A stretch of 64,000 bases of DNA from IMG/VR virus record IMGVR_UViG_2974732849_000001; one strand, 5' to 3'. A program made the translations under genes and the position numbers. The notes under the pieces were generated by a model. The model saw only the letters and a program-made list of their open reading frames with translations, was not told the DNA's origin and made no database searches. This document shows positions 41,013-50,989 of the stretch, piece after piece. Origin of the DNA: a virus (taxonomy: Duplodnaviria > Heunggongvirae > Uroviricota > Caudoviricetes > Crassvirales). Positions within the stretch are counted from its first letter, which is position 1, and every line of letters starts with the position of its first letter.

Positions 41013-42056
41013 TTACAAAGTGTTTAACCACCCTTCAAGGTTATTAGATGCTGATAACTCGATGCCAATAGGTACTTTTGGTCTTGAAGTGAGATAATAA
41101 GAGAGTTCTCTTCCTATCTCAAAAGGACTCCTCATAATGATTTGACCATCTCTTCCAAACCTAAGTGTACCTTCTGCCTGAGTAAAAGGGCACCTCCACA
41201 CCAATGGAGTAAGTGTCCTCCTATTGACTACTATAAAGTCATAATCAAGCAACTTAAAACTACTGAAGTACTCATCCTTATCCATATTCTGCCTTATAAT
41301 AGCCCAATATAGTCTTGCCTGAATTTGATAATTCCAATCTACAAAGGATTTATAAAAATCCCACTCTGTATGGGAACTTGTTTTCAAATCTACTGGCTTT
41401 ACCCACTTCTCTTTATGGTTGACTATGATTAAGTCAGCCATGTTTCTATACTTTACACCATTGAACTCTCCTTTGAACTTCAACTGATAGAATCTTTCAA
41501 TGTCTGGTTCAAATGGATTGTCCTCTGTAAAGTAGAATTGAGTGGATTTGCTCTCTTTCAATGCTCTTACTGCATTACACACATCTTGGTAGGTCTGTGT
41601 GTCAAGTATAGTCCTATTACCTGCTACAAATAACAGATTATAGTATTCATATCCCTTTTCCTTAATTGCCCTAGCTCTAGTCTCTGGTCTCCAATTCATT
41701 TGATAACCCTGTTCCTCAGTCTCTTTGATAATTCTAGCATCCTGAATACTGCTCAGGTTATCACAGGAATCCTTATATTGACTGAACAGGGACTTTACTA
41801 TCCTCACAATAGAGTCAGGAATTGATGGGTATTCTGCCACCATAAATTCCTTATCAAATTCTGGCTGTCCTCCAGTAATGATGCTGTCCACAGCTCTACC
41901 AAATGTCAGGGATGGGGTATCCAGCTTATCAAACAGCTTATCTAGGTTATTAAACCCCTCCCTCTCATATCTTGCTATGGTAGAGTAACTTAAGGCAGGG
42001 TCTGCCCTATATGTTGCCTCATCCACATCCCAGCTTATTTCCTTTAAAGATTTCAT
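41013..42056 (-). CDS. RecB/Cas4-like PD-(D/E)XK exonuclease
   Basis: ADLIIV...VDLKTS...YQIQARLY, i.e. D / D-x-K / QxxxY motifs. Confidence 0.5.
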   Translation of the reverse strand: MKSLKEISWDVDEATYRADPALSYSTIARYEREGFNNLDKLFDKLDTPSLTFGRAVDSIITGGQPEFDKEFMVAEYPSIPDSIVRIVKSLFSQYKDSCDNLSSIQDARIIKETEEQGYQMNWRPETRARAIKEKGYEYYNLLFVAGNRTILDTQTYQDVCNAVRALKESKSTQFYFTEDNPFEPDIERFYQLKFKGEFNGVKYRNMADLIIVNHKEKWVKPVDLKTSSHTEWDFYKSFVDWNYQIQARLYWAIIRQNMDKDEYFSSFKLLDYDFIVVNRRTLTPLVWRCPFTQAEGTLRFGRDGQIIMRSPFEIGRELSYYLTSRPKVPIGIELSASNNLEGWLNTL

Positions 42057-42058
42057 AT

Positions 42059-42346
42059 CTAATAATAAAACTCTTCAAGATTATCTGATGAAGGATAGAG
42101 TGCCTCATAATAGGCATCAACCTCTGATTGCAACTTCCTCATTCCCTCAAGGTCAGCCTTCAGGTACTTTTCCTCGGTATTTGCTTTTACAAGTGCATTC
42201 CTTGTCCTAATGATTGATGAGTTAACCAAGGACTGAAGAGACTCAAAGTCTCTGGTATCCAAAAGCCTAAATGCCAAGTCAACATCGTTGCCGGGTAATG
42301 AGGGAATTAAATCCTTCATTCTATCTATGGAACTACTCTTGTTCAT
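42059..42346 (-). CDS. hypothetical protein
   Basis: 95-aa ORF. Confidence 0.35.
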   Translation of the reverse strand: MNKSSSIDRMKDLIPSLPGNDVDLAFRLLDTRDFESLQSLVNSSIIRTRNALVKANTEEKYLKADLEGMRKLQSEVDAYYEALYPSSDNLEEFYY

Positions 42347-42827
42347 AATTCTTAATAATTTCTATTGCCTGCAACAACTGTTTCCTAGTATAAACCTCAA
42401 AGTATATGGACTTTTCTCCTTTCTCAAGATACCGGTCATTAAGGTACTTTATAAACATCTTTTTCTTAAGATAGAATACATCATTCTCCATTCCCTTAGC
42501 CTCTATGTAAACATTAAGGTCATTGTATTTGAAATAGAAATCTGGTGTGTACTGTACATTAATGATTCTTGCTTTCTTCCTGACCAGCATCTTTGATGAG
42601 CTGCCACCAATAGTTGCTAATCTCACATCCCTCTGACGGCCAGTTTCTCTATCATAGTACGGGATTTCAGGATGAAACCCTTCCCATATAACAAATGTAA
42701 TTGGCTCATACTTAGGCTCAAATCCTTGCTCAAGAAGAGTGTTATATACACTCCTCTCAAGCTTTGATTTAAAGGTTATACCTTCAGAGGTACTCTGTGT
42801 GGCATTCCTAATCTTCTTATTTACCAT
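42333..42827 (-). CDS. small PD-(D/E)XK nuclease-like protein (possible resolvase/VRR-NUC-like)
   Basis: TPDFYF...VYIEAKG matches a PD...ExK core. Confidence 0.35.
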   Translation of the reverse strand: MVNKKIRNATQSTSEGITFKSKLERSVYNTLLEQGFEPKYEPITFVIWEGFHPEIPYYDRETGRQRDVRLATIGGSSSKMLVRKKARIINVQYTPDFYFKYNDLNVYIEAKGMENDVFYLKKKMFIKYLNDRYLEKGEKSIYFEVYTRKQLLQAIEIIKNYEQE

Positions 42828-43353
42828 CCCTGAACATGTCTTTAAGAACCTCTCTCAGAACCTTGCAAGCAAATTTTGCATCATCTATGGTTCTGAATGC
42901 TGCAAAGTTCTTGTAACTCCTGATACTGCTCTTATAGAGTTTGGTGATTCTCCCATTTGTAAGTGAGATTGAATAAATCTCAGGACTATTACTGATATGG
43001 TCTTCATACTTCTTGTCCAATTCAATGGCTATCTCCCTCAATACCATGGCAAATGCTGCTGCTGGGTAGCAGGAATCAATGGTATTAAGATAGTTGCAAG
43101 CCTTTGCTGGCTTCCAACCAAATCTCTGTGCAACCTTATTGACATAGAAAGCCAAATCATCCTTTGAAATGTCATCTGCATCCTTCTTTTTCTCACTAAG
43201 GGACTCTTTTGTGCAAAGAACTCCTTGTTCAATCAAAACAGGAATGATTTCCTCATCTACTACATAGAGTTTGTCTCCTTTTACAAGGATGTCACCAATG
43301 TGTACCTCTTCTCCATTTTTGAGGTACAAACAGTTTCTTTCTGCTTTTTTCAT
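42817..43353 (-). CDS. hypothetical protein
   Basis: 178-aa ORF. A9 tract upstream of the ATG. Confidence 0.35.
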   Translation of the reverse strand: MKKAERNCLYLKNGEEVHIGDILVKGDKLYVVDEEIIPVLIEQGVLCTKESLSEKKKDADDISKDDLAFYVNKVAQRFGWKPAKACNYLNTIDSCYPAAAFAMVLREIAIELDKKYEDHISNSPEIYSISLTNGRITKLYKSSIRSYKNFAAFRTIDDAKFACKVLREVLKDMFRDGK

Positions 43354-43368
43354 TTCTTTTTTTTTGTA

Positions 43369-44046
43369 TTAATATTCTTGGTACCAATCTATAGGTACTC
43401 CGTAAATCTCCTTAACCTTATTGCTGACATCAGCAAATAGCTGGTGTGGCATCTTAGTACCATTCCTTGCAAAATAGGCAGGATGCTCAACTTCAATAAT
43501 AAAGTTGGACTTACTATTGATATAAGGCTTGAATGTCTGAGCCTGTTTACCAAATAATACATATACCCCAGCAAGGTTATTCTCCGATATATTTCTCAGC
43601 AGTTTAGATATAAAAGGTCTCCACATCATAGTATGTGAACCGACTTTATTCATCTCTACTGTAAGTGCAGAGTTTATCATCAATATCCCTTGTCTTGCCC
43701 AACTCTCTAAGGTTTGGTCAAAGGTAATACAATAATGCGGAACTCCAAAATTGATTGCTGCTTCTTTAACAATGTTTAAGGATGGGGATAATTCGCTCTC
43801 CTCCACCTCTGCCCTATTGCCAAATAATATACCAGTTGCAACTCCTTTCTGCGGATATGGGTCTTGGCCTACAAATACCGCCTTCAGGCTATTGTAGGGA
43901 CAAAGCCTGAAAGCTTTGAATATGTCACATTGCTCGGGGCATATCTTCTTTGTAGCATATAATCCTCTCAGATTCTGCATTATTGATATTAGCTCATTCT
44001 CATCTATGACATTCATCCAATCACCAAGATACTCTCTTATTCCCAT
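43369..44046 (-). CDS. ung: uracil-DNA glycosylase (family 1)
   Basis: VFVGQDPYPQKG (GQDPY water-activating loop) and C-terminal HPAYF. Confidence 0.7.
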   Translation of the reverse strand: MGIREYLGDWMNVIDENELISIMQNLRGLYATKKICPEQCDIFKAFRLCPYNSLKAVFVGQDPYPQKGVATGILFGNRAEVEESELSPSLNIVKEAAINFGVPHYCITFDQTLESWARQGILMINSALTVEMNKVGSHTMMWRPFISKLLRNISENNLAGVYVLFGKQAQTFKPYINSKSNFIIEVEHPAYFARNGTKMPHQLFADVSNKVKEIYGVPIDWYQEY

Positions 44047-44681
44047 TGCCTCATTACAACATCTACATTATCAGCCAAGAAGTCATTCACATCATCATTA
44101 AAGGTGTCTACACTGCTGGGCACAGTGGGCTTGACAATGTTATCAATAGGGCCGATTATAATCTCTGGCTTCTGTATCTTTCCATGTAAAGTGATAATGC
44201 CGTAATTATACATGACATTAAGTACAGTGAATACAATGCCTTTACTTAGAGGTGATGATGATTCAAAAACCTTTGGACTCACATAGCATTTAGTCTTCTC
44301 CTTCTCTGAAAGGTCAATAGTACATAGGAATAAAGGATTCAAATCCTCATCCAAGATTAGTCCTGTACTAGCCCAATATACTGTGCCTGAGAGAATGAAC
44401 TTCCTTATACCATATTGTCCTGATGAGTTTCTCAGAAGTGAATAAAAAGTTTGTACCTTCATAGGAACTCCTTGCTCATACAAAGGTACTATCACATCTC
44501 CATTCTTATCTCTTATAAGACCATTAATATTGCCTACTAGTGGAAAACCTTCATCTTTCCGTACTAATATTCCTACCTTAACACCATTGTCCGTTAATGG
44601 AATAGATTCTGAAGAATAAGGAGGTGTTGTCCTGTGTATCGCAAAGATTGTCCGTACCAGTTGCTTAGCGTTTTCTGTCAT
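44037..44681 (-). CDS. hypothetical protein downstream of the E1-like gene
   Basis: 214 aa. ATGA-type overlap with the E1-like gene. No HPN/Cys E2 signature found. Confidence 0.35.
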   Translation of the reverse strand: MTENAKQLVRTIFAIHRTTPPYSSESIPLTDNGVKVGILVRKDEGFPLVGNINGLIRDKNGDVIVPLYEQGVPMKVQTFYSLLRNSSGQYGIRKFILSGTVYWASTGLILDEDLNPLFLCTIDLSEKEKTKCYVSPKVFESSSPLSKGIVFTVLNVMYNYGIITLHGKIQKPEIIIGPIDNIVKPTVPSSVDTFNDDVNDFLADNVDVVMRQWE

Positions 44682-45448
44682 GACTCAGTCTTTAAATACA
44701 TAATTTCTGCATTATAAGTTGTAAAGAAGGGTAAATCCCTTTCTATGGGAGGGTTACACTGGTTAGCACAAAAGTTCACGAATAGATTTACCATATATGA
44801 TGCAATCATATTTGCACAGAATGTGGTCTGCTTGTAAGAACATATTGTCTCATCAGCCTCCTCATCAGAGAATAGGAATTGTGATTCATACCTATTGATA
44901 TTATACTCATCATCTCCTCTAATGCACAATACTTGAAACTCCTCAGCAGCCAATCTACCATCAATGAACAGGCAGTTTGCCTTTTCCTCACTAGGTTTGC
45001 TCTGAACATGATTCTTCCATGCCTGAAAGAAATTCTTTCTGGCTACCATATTGTCAAATCCGCAAATCATTATGTCTGATGCTTTGGTATTTGCGGTAAA
45101 CCTTTCATTAATACCACATATACCATAATAATTAGCATAATTGGATACCATTTCAGCAAGTGCACCTACCTTTGTCTTTCCTACATCCTCTAATCCATAC
45201 AATTGGCCACTCATATTAGCCTCATCCACAGTATCATCATCATAGATGAATATGGCCTTGGGCTTTACTCGTGCCAACAGAAATCCTACATAGCTTCCAA
45301 TCCCACCAATGCCTGCAAGTGTAATGGATTTCTCCCGTATTTTATTATACCAGATAGCTGAACTGAACCTGCTAGTGGTATCATCCATAAGTAATGTGGG
45401 GGAATTTATCGGCAGCAGGTTATCTGTTGATTCTTGTTCTGTACTCAT
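44678..45448 (-). CDS. E1-like adenylyltransferase (ThiF/MoeB/HesA family)
   Basis: LAGIGGIGSYVGFLLARV (Rossmann GxGxxG), then DDDTVDEANMSGQ and ICGFDNMVARKNF, which match the ThiF/MoeB nucleotide-binding and C-x-D-N regions. Confidence 0.6.
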   Translation of the reverse strand: MSTEQESTDNLLPINSPTLLMDDTTSRFSSAIWYNKIREKSITLAGIGGIGSYVGFLLARVKPKAIFIYDDDTVDEANMSGQLYGLEDVGKTKVGALAEMVSNYANYYGICGINERFTANTKASDIMICGFDNMVARKNFFQAWKNHVQSKPSEEKANCLFIDGRLAAEEFQVLCIRGDDEYNINRYESQFLFSDEEADETICSYKQTTFCANMIASYMVNLFVNFCANQCNPPIERDLPFFTTYNAEIMYLKTES

Positions 45449-45465
45449 AACTTTTCTTTTCTTTC

Positions 45466-46566
45466 TTAAACTATATAATCTTTCAGGAATTTGATATACC
45501 TTTCGATATAAATGTTACTAGGTAACTTTTCTAGCTCATGTATGACATGGCTGGCATAGACTGAGGCCATTTCAGTAATATCAAGACCTTTTCCTTCCAA
45601 ATCATCATCCTCTATGCTCCACATCAAATACTCAAGGTATGCCTTAGCCCATTCATCAAATCTCCTGAGGGCTTCTTTACCTGCACCAAACCTTTCAGTA
45701 TACAGTGTAGTCATTGCTCCAGACCATCTGCTTGGGTCTATTTTACTCTTGGTAGTCATCAAGATACTCCCAGTAACTATTTGCAGTACCATTTCCTTGA
45801 TAGCATCTTTATCAACACTTAAGGTATTGACAGATGGGTCTTCCTGATAGTCAGTTTTCTTATCCTTCTGTATTTTTTGACCATAATACTGTCCAAATAC
45901 TTTTGTCTTATTGGGTAAATCAACAACAGCCTTATTCCTCAATTCAATTAATCTGCTCTCAATTTCTGAAGACTTATATCTGTTTTCAACCACTACCCTT
46001 AGCCTGAAATACTCTATTACTTCGGTATCATCAACATATTCGTCAATTTCTGTCTTATCAGGTTCCCCAAAGAACCCAATGGTTTTCTTCTCAACTACTC
46101 TTGTAGACTTTACTTTCCTAGTAACAGCGGCGGAATAATCACCCTTGTTATTGACAATAAGAGATACGAAGTTATTACTGTCTGTACCTTCCTGTTTTAA
46201 GGTCTTGACATCCTCACCACTAAAGAAGGTAGCCATGAGATTGTGTGAATGAATCAAGCCCATTTGACAACCTAGAAGTTCCTTCTCACACATATAGGCC
46301 ACTATATCAGGACTATTACTAAACTCTGTGGTGGCAGCAGAGCCTATATCCATGATATACATATCCTTACACAATATCCTAAGGTCACCTCCTTCAAAGG
46401 TTCCCTCATAGGTGTAGAATAATATCCCTGACCATTCCCTACTCCATACCTCCCTACATGCAAACCTTATCTTGTTCTCCAATTCTTCAGGTATCACAAG
46501 AGTATAGTCACAGTTCTTGTGGCTCTTCGCTTCCACTATTTTCACATTATTGTTTGTTCTTTCCAT
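45466..46566 (-). CDS. JAB/MPN (JAMM) metalloisopeptidase-domain protein with about 200-aa C-terminal extension
   Basis: IHSHNLMATFFSGEDV is an exact H-x-H-x7-S-x2-D JAMM motif. A Glu-rich segment lies upstream (IPEELE). Confidence 0.6.
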   Translation of the reverse strand: MERTNNNVKIVEAKSHKNCDYTLVIPEELENKIRFACREVWSREWSGILFYTYEGTFEGGDLRILCKDMYIMDIGSAATTEFSNSPDIVAYMCEKELLGCQMGLIHSHNLMATFFSGEDVKTLKQEGTDSNNFVSLIVNNKGDYSAAVTRKVKSTRVVEKKTIGFFGEPDKTEIDEYVDDTEVIEYFRLRVVVENRYKSSEIESRLIELRNKAVVDLPNKTKVFGQYYGQKIQKDKKTDYQEDPSVNTLSVDKDAIKEMVLQIVTGSILMTTKSKIDPSRWSGAMTTLYTERFGAGKEALRRFDEWAKAYLEYLMWSIEDDDLEGKGLDITEMASVYASHVIHELEKLPSNIYIERYIKFLKDYIV

Positions 46567-47662
46567 ATTTGAGATTTATTACTTCAAGTATAACACTTAA
46601 TATTTCTGAGATAACATCCTCTGACAAGAATAGACTTCGGACACTTGTCTCACTGACAGCTCCGGAGATTCTAAGTTTGATTTCCCTACCTTTGAAAGTG
46701 CATATTCGTCTACCTACATGCTCAGATACCCTATCAAGTAACGGCAATGACATATTCATACCATATATATGTCCTTTAGCTGCCACTCCAGATTTCATGT
46801 AGTATCTCTTAATATCTTTCACCTGCTCAGCTTCTGCGTTATCAAGTTGATTGTACCAGTTAATAAATTCATTACTTACAAGTATCATACATTCAGCATT
46901 TGACATACCCAAAACATATGACCCATTCCTGTAGACAAACTTCAACTTCCTGCTGAGAATCAAATGTCTTACGAAATTTGTTATGAACTTTGGTAGGTTC
47001 TGTGCTCTCCTATATCCGATGTAATCTATTCTTCTCGAGGAGCTAGTGATTCTTTCTAGTTTCCTATAAGGTCCTCCTGACAATGACTCTACAGTAACAA
47101 ACTTGCTTAATTCATAACAGAATAGCATCCACTCCTCATTAGTGCATACCTTACTCCTCAGCATATACGATGTGCCTTGTATAGGTCCTGCGCCCAAACA
47201 AGGAGTTTCAAACCTTTCAAAGTCACCAATAGGTATTCCACATATATGACTGTGCATATAGTCAGAGTAGAATTGGTCCAATGTGTACTCTGCCCTGTTC
47301 ATTCCAATGGTACTAAGAACCCCGGGTACTGCAAGTCTAACCTTCACATACAGTTCTGTAATGTATACAAAATTTCCATGCTCATTAGTTACCTTTACTC
47401 TAGGAAAGTACACTAATATAAATGGGCGTAGTAATGCATCCCAACACCATGTAATCTCTGTTACACCTTCCTTTATAGACTCTTCAGATAGCTGTCTTGT
47501 AAATGCGTCTATTGGTGGCTCCACTATTCTCAAATCAACCCTCTCCTCACCAAAGAATTCCTTGAATACATCATATATCCTCAGGATATTCTCCATAAAA
47601 TACCCCTTTTCCTTGTGCTCTCTTATTATTTCGGGTACACTCTCCCTAGAAACTGCTTCCAT
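46547..47662 (-). CDS. hypothetical protein, first gene of the E1/JAB transcription unit
   Basis: 371 aa. Has YMHSHICGIP and an internal SLSGGPYR. Confidence 0.35.
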   Translation of the reverse strand: MEAVSRESVPEIIREHKEKGYFMENILRIYDVFKEFFGEERVDLRIVEPPIDAFTRQLSEESIKEGVTEITWCWDALLRPFILVYFPRVKVTNEHGNFVYITELYVKVRLAVPGVLSTIGMNRAEYTLDQFYSDYMHSHICGIPIGDFERFETPCLGAGPIQGTSYMLRSKVCTNEEWMLFCYELSKFVTVESLSGGPYRKLERITSSSRRIDYIGYRRAQNLPKFITNFVRHLILSRKLKFVYRNGSYVLGMSNAECMILVSNEFINWYNQLDNAEAEQVKDIKRYYMKSGVAAKGHIYGMNMSLPLLDRVSEHVGRRICTFKGREIKLRISGAVSETSVRSLFLSEDVISEILSVILEVINLKYGKNKQ

Positions 47663-47687
47663 ATTTGAGAACTCTAAATGTATACAA

Positions 47688-47726
47688 AATAAAAAAAAAT
47701 AGGGAAGGAATATAATATTCCTCCCC
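47688..47726 (-). terminator. rho-independent terminator between the 218-aa gene and the E1/JAB unit
   Basis: Minus strand: GGGGAGGAATAT/ATATTCCTTCCC hairpin followed by TATTTTTTTTTATTTTG. Confidence 0.6.
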
Positions 47727-47736
47727 CTATCTACTC

Positions 47737-48393
47737 TTAGCCTATCAAGCCCTCAAACATTTCATCTATCTCGCCCTTGGTAAACTCAACGGCTTTCTCC
47801 TTTTTGGCCTTAGCTTTAACACCTAAATCCTCAAGTATCATCCCCCTAGCCTTAAAGCTGAGATTTCCTGCATCATACAATGCCTCCACCAGCTTTACAA
47901 GGGCTTGTTTTACACCTTTCTCATCTGTATAGCTGACAACCTCCTTACCCTTTTTGACGGGACTTTCCTTAGCAGGACTTTCTTTCTTATCCCTCTTCTC
48001 CTCTATCAAGGATACAAGGTCACTGGTCTTGCACTGAGTAAAGTTCTTGCCAAATCTCTTCTGACACTCATCCTGAAGACCCATTGTCTTGATGCAGGTA
48101 TAAGCCTCCATTCTACTCATGGAAGCCCCAGACTTAATGTTCTTATTTGTGGTGGTTAACATAATTACCAAATTATTGGTAACCTGCCCCTTCCAAGTAA
48201 TATCATGAGGAAGGATAGAGTCATCAGACTTTAACTCTGTCTTTGACAGCCCCTCAAGGAAGCTCATATTCCTATATGAAATCCCTTCTCTTGTCAAATC
48301 ACTCTTTAATTCTCTCAATGTAGTTGCATCTGAGAGTATTTCCACTGTTCTGTTTCCTGTAGTACATACTACTGTAATCTTTCTTTTTTCCAT
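47737..48393 (-). CDS. hypothetical protein with possible N-terminal beta-grasp (ubiquitin-like) segment
   Basis: 218 aa. The first 90 aa or so show an alternating hydrophobic pattern compatible with a beta-grasp fold, which is weak evidence. Lys-rich C-terminal half. Confidence 0.3.
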   Translation of the reverse strand: MEKRKITVVCTTGNRTVEILSDATTLRELKSDLTREGISYRNMSFLEGLSKTELKSDDSILPHDITWKGQVTNNLVIMLTTTNKNIKSGASMSRMEAYTCIKTMGLQDECQKRFGKNFTQCKTSDLVSLIEEKRDKKESPAKESPVKKGKEVVSYTDEKGVKQALVKLVEALYDAGNLSFKARGMILEDLGVKAKAKKEKAVEFTKGEIDEMFEGLIG

Positions 48394-48422
48394 GCTTTTT
48401 TTTTAATACCAAACTCTGCTTT

Positions 48423-49505
48423 CTATTCAATCTCAAAGGGCAAATCATCTCTATACTCTTCCCCTCTAGAAGAGGTAAATAAAGGAATGATTATTTTAAG
48501 GAACTCTTCCTTTCCCTTGGCCTTGAATAAATCTGAAATATCTTTTCCTTCATCAAAGAATGGTAATACCACATTAGTGAATCCTGTCTCTCTTGAAAGC
48601 CTCTCAGCATCTTCTAGGCCGGGCTTATCATTATCCAGACAAATAAATACCTTCTTGAACCTCCTGTTCAATTCACTTATTGCAGTACCACTCATTCTGT
48701 ATCCCTCACCTTGAATGGCAAGGGAAGGTATCCCTGTGTTAGACCATAGACATAGGGCATCCTTTAATGAGGAACAAATACATATTTGTTCCCCATATTC
48801 AGGTACCTTAGTCCATAGGCTTACCACAGAGCTGTCATGCTTGTTACTCCACTTATACCTGCCCTTATTAAAGGGTTGGTATATCTTTAGCGTAACTTTT
48901 CCTTCCTTATGTTCAACATAGGCATAGGCATATTTATCAGCTACAAACACATATCTATGACCATCTTTGAGGACAATTTTATGGGATATGGGGTAAACCT
49001 CTGCATATTTGAGCCATTCAACACTAATGCCATAAGACTCCCAATATTCTATATCATGTTTCCTCCATTCCCTAATCTTGCATTGTAGGTCTGAGTTGCT
49101 GTTATGACTGTTCATATCATTTACAACACATGGTGTATATGTTTGAATATTGCAATTACCCAAAGAAAACCTTTCCATATCCTTCCTGATTCTTGATAAG
49201 ACCTCACTATAACTACAGCTCCACATATGACCAAGGAGGTCAAAGATTCCTCCCCTGTCTCCTGTAGACAAATCTGTATAATATATCCTTTCCCCATTGG
49301 GGGAATAGAGACCAAAGGAAGGTCTTCTATCCCTTCTTAATGGGGAATTTATAATAGTGGGTACTTCTGTAACACCCAAATAATATGATAAAATATCTGC
49401 TTCTGTTACTCTATCCAAGATTTCCTTCAAACTCACAGAATCCTTGCCCTTGCTGAATGCCATGCTTTTTTTTTTAACAGTTACACTTACTTGCTCAAAT
49501 CCCAA
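48423..49505 (-). CDS. DnaG-like DNA primase (Toprim); true start probably the ATG at about 49463
   Basis: KVFICLDNDKPGLEDAERL is a Toprim DxD motif. An A10 tract directly precedes the MAFSKGKD start. Confidence 0.55.
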   Translation of the reverse strand: MGFEQVSVTVKKKSMAFSKGKDSVSLKEILDRVTEADILSYYLGVTEVPTIINSPLRRDRRPSFGLYSPNGERIYYTDLSTGDRGGIFDLLGHMWSCSYSEVLSRIRKDMERFSLGNCNIQTYTPCVVNDMNSHNSNSDLQCKIREWRKHDIEYWESYGISVEWLKYAEVYPISHKIVLKDGHRYVFVADKYAYAYVEHKEGKVTLKIYQPFNKGRYKWSNKHDSSVVSLWTKVPEYGEQICICSSLKDALCLWSNTGIPSLAIQGEGYRMSGTAISELNRRFKKVFICLDNDKPGLEDAERLSRETGFTNVVLPFFDEGKDISDLFKAKGKEEFLKIIIPLFTSSRGEEYRDDLPFEIE

Positions 49506-50527
49506 GGGGACGGTGCTGAGTCAGTAGCACCCGGAAAGGGTAAAGCACCTGTACCTGACTGACTGAGGTCAGTAGAATCTACCTTATACTCCTTCAAGTC
49601 ATCAACTATAAACTCGGTGTTGGCAAATGCTCCTTGTTGCTTCCTTTCCTGTAAATCCTGGTCAAGCCTACTGTAATCCCTAACATGATTCTTCAGAAAC
49701 ATGCTGGTATACACAGTCTGATATTGCTTGTTATCGTCTGTGGTTCTTACTCCAAACAAAACCTTGACCTTATTAGAAGGCTGATATGAGATTACATCCT
49801 TCAACTCACTGAAGTCTCCCTTGAAATAGTCCTCAATACTTTCAAGTCTGGCTTCACAGTCCTGCGGATTATCAACCATAACCCAAGTATTGTTGACATA
49901 CTTCATTACATCAGGAATATTAAGATATGCCTTAAGGAACTTAGTCAATTCCTCTTCTCCAAAGTATGCAGGTCTATAGTCCTTGTCTATATTGGCATTA
50001 TAGACACTGCCATCCTTCTTAGTAAGTACAGTAGCATGTGCCTTGGCCTCTTCAATAGTAGGCCATGCAGTCCTTCCATACTTATCAATCACCTGAATCT
50101 TGCTGCCGTCTTTGCTATACCTGTACTCTTGTCTGACAAAGAGTGATACCTTGGTTGTAGTGTCAATTCCATTGCACTTTTCAGGGTCAGTCTTGACAAT
50201 AAAGTCAATCCTCACATTCTTTACCTTGTGCTTGTCTTCTCCTACCTCAATCTCTCCTACATACTCAGGCTCTTTTTCAAGCTGGGTCATATACAGCTCC
50301 TCAAGCTTCTTCTTATCAGGATTGACTGCCAATACAAACACCGAGCCTACTCCTATGAATCTCTTTATCTCTAAGCCTTCAGTAGATACAGAACCTTTAC
50401 TGATTGCCATAAAACTAATTGATTTGTTATCTTTCATATTCATAAAGATTAATCTTCTTCTTCTTTCTCTTCTTTCTTCTCTTTTCTCTTTAGTATTGTG
50501 TAGCCAAGGGAGTATACCCAGTATCAT
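49487..50527 (-). CDS. hypothetical protein (possible ssDNA-binding/recombination role); real start likely ATG at about 50443
   Basis: The first 28 codons in the track come from a GA-rich leader. MNMKDNKSISF is the plausible start. Confidence 0.35.
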   Translation of the reverse strand: MILGILPWLHNTKEKREERRERRRRLIFMNMKDNKSISFMAISKGSVSTEGLEIKRFIGVGSVFVLAVNPDKKKLEELYMTQLEKEPEYVGEIEVGEDKHKVKNVRIDFIVKTDPEKCNGIDTTTKVSLFVRQEYRYSKDGSKIQVIDKYGRTAWPTIEEAKAHATVLTKKDGSVYNANIDKDYRPAYFGEEELTKFLKAYLNIPDVMKYVNNTWVMVDNPQDCEARLESIEDYFKGDFSELKDVISYQPSNKVKVLFGVRTTDDNKQYQTVYTSMFLKNHVRDYSRLDQDLQERKQQGAFANTEFIVDDLKEYKVDSTDLSQSGTGALPFPGATDSAPSPWDLSK

Positions 50528-50945
50528 CCATTACTGTTGTATCACTAGTTGGTAACTCAGCGCATACTAGGTCATCCTGCTGTACTGAGCCTACAGCAAT
50601 ATCATGAGCAGCATTAAAGTCAATTTCATATACCCTGTCTTCCTCATTGAATGATACCACTCCAGCTTTAGGTTCATATTTGGTAACCTTTACAGGCTTA
50701 CCTTCCTTATCAACCTTGCCTGTATCTTCAACCCTCTTGACAATCAGGTCTTCACTTGTAAATCCTCCTGTCAAGGCTTTGATTCCCATCTCATGTCCTT
50801 CAATCTCCTTGGTCAGGTCTTCATACTCCTTGCTGAGTTCCTGCATCTTCGCAGAGATTTTATCCCTTTTTGCCACTGCAAAGCTTACATTCTGTGCTAC
50901 TCTTTTTACAGCAGCAAACTGTCTTACTGTTAATGTCTTATTCAT
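50490..50945 (-). CDS. hypothetical protein
   Basis: 151-aa ORF. Confidence 0.35.
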   Translation of the reverse strand: MNKTLTVRQFAAVKRVAQNVSFAVAKRDKISAKMQELSKEYEDLTKEIEGHEMGIKALTGGFTSEDLIVKRVEDTGKVDKEGKPVKVTKYEPKAGVVSFNEEDRVYEIDFNAAHDIAVGSVQQDDLVCAELPTSDTTVMDDTGYTPLATQY

Positions 50946-50989
50946 ACTTTTCTTGCTAAAATAAAAAAAAAATACTTAAATACTTGTTA

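Noticed and set aside
46547-47662. 371-aa protein as an E2 (UBC) enzyme
   Set aside because: YMHSHICGIP has His and Cys but does not fit the HPN-x(5-7)-G-x-[IV]-C pattern. It is left unassigned.
50443-50527. N-terminal extension of the 346-aa ORF translated as KEKREERRERRRR
   Set aside because: It comes from a GA-rich leader (AGAAGAAAGAAG repeats) that overlaps the upstream gene's end. The plausible start is the downstream ATG at 50443 (MNMKDN).
50946-50989. T11 run on the minus strand after gene 50990-51274 as a terminator
   Set aside because: No convincing GC-rich hairpin precedes it. It is more likely the A/T-rich leader of the next gene.
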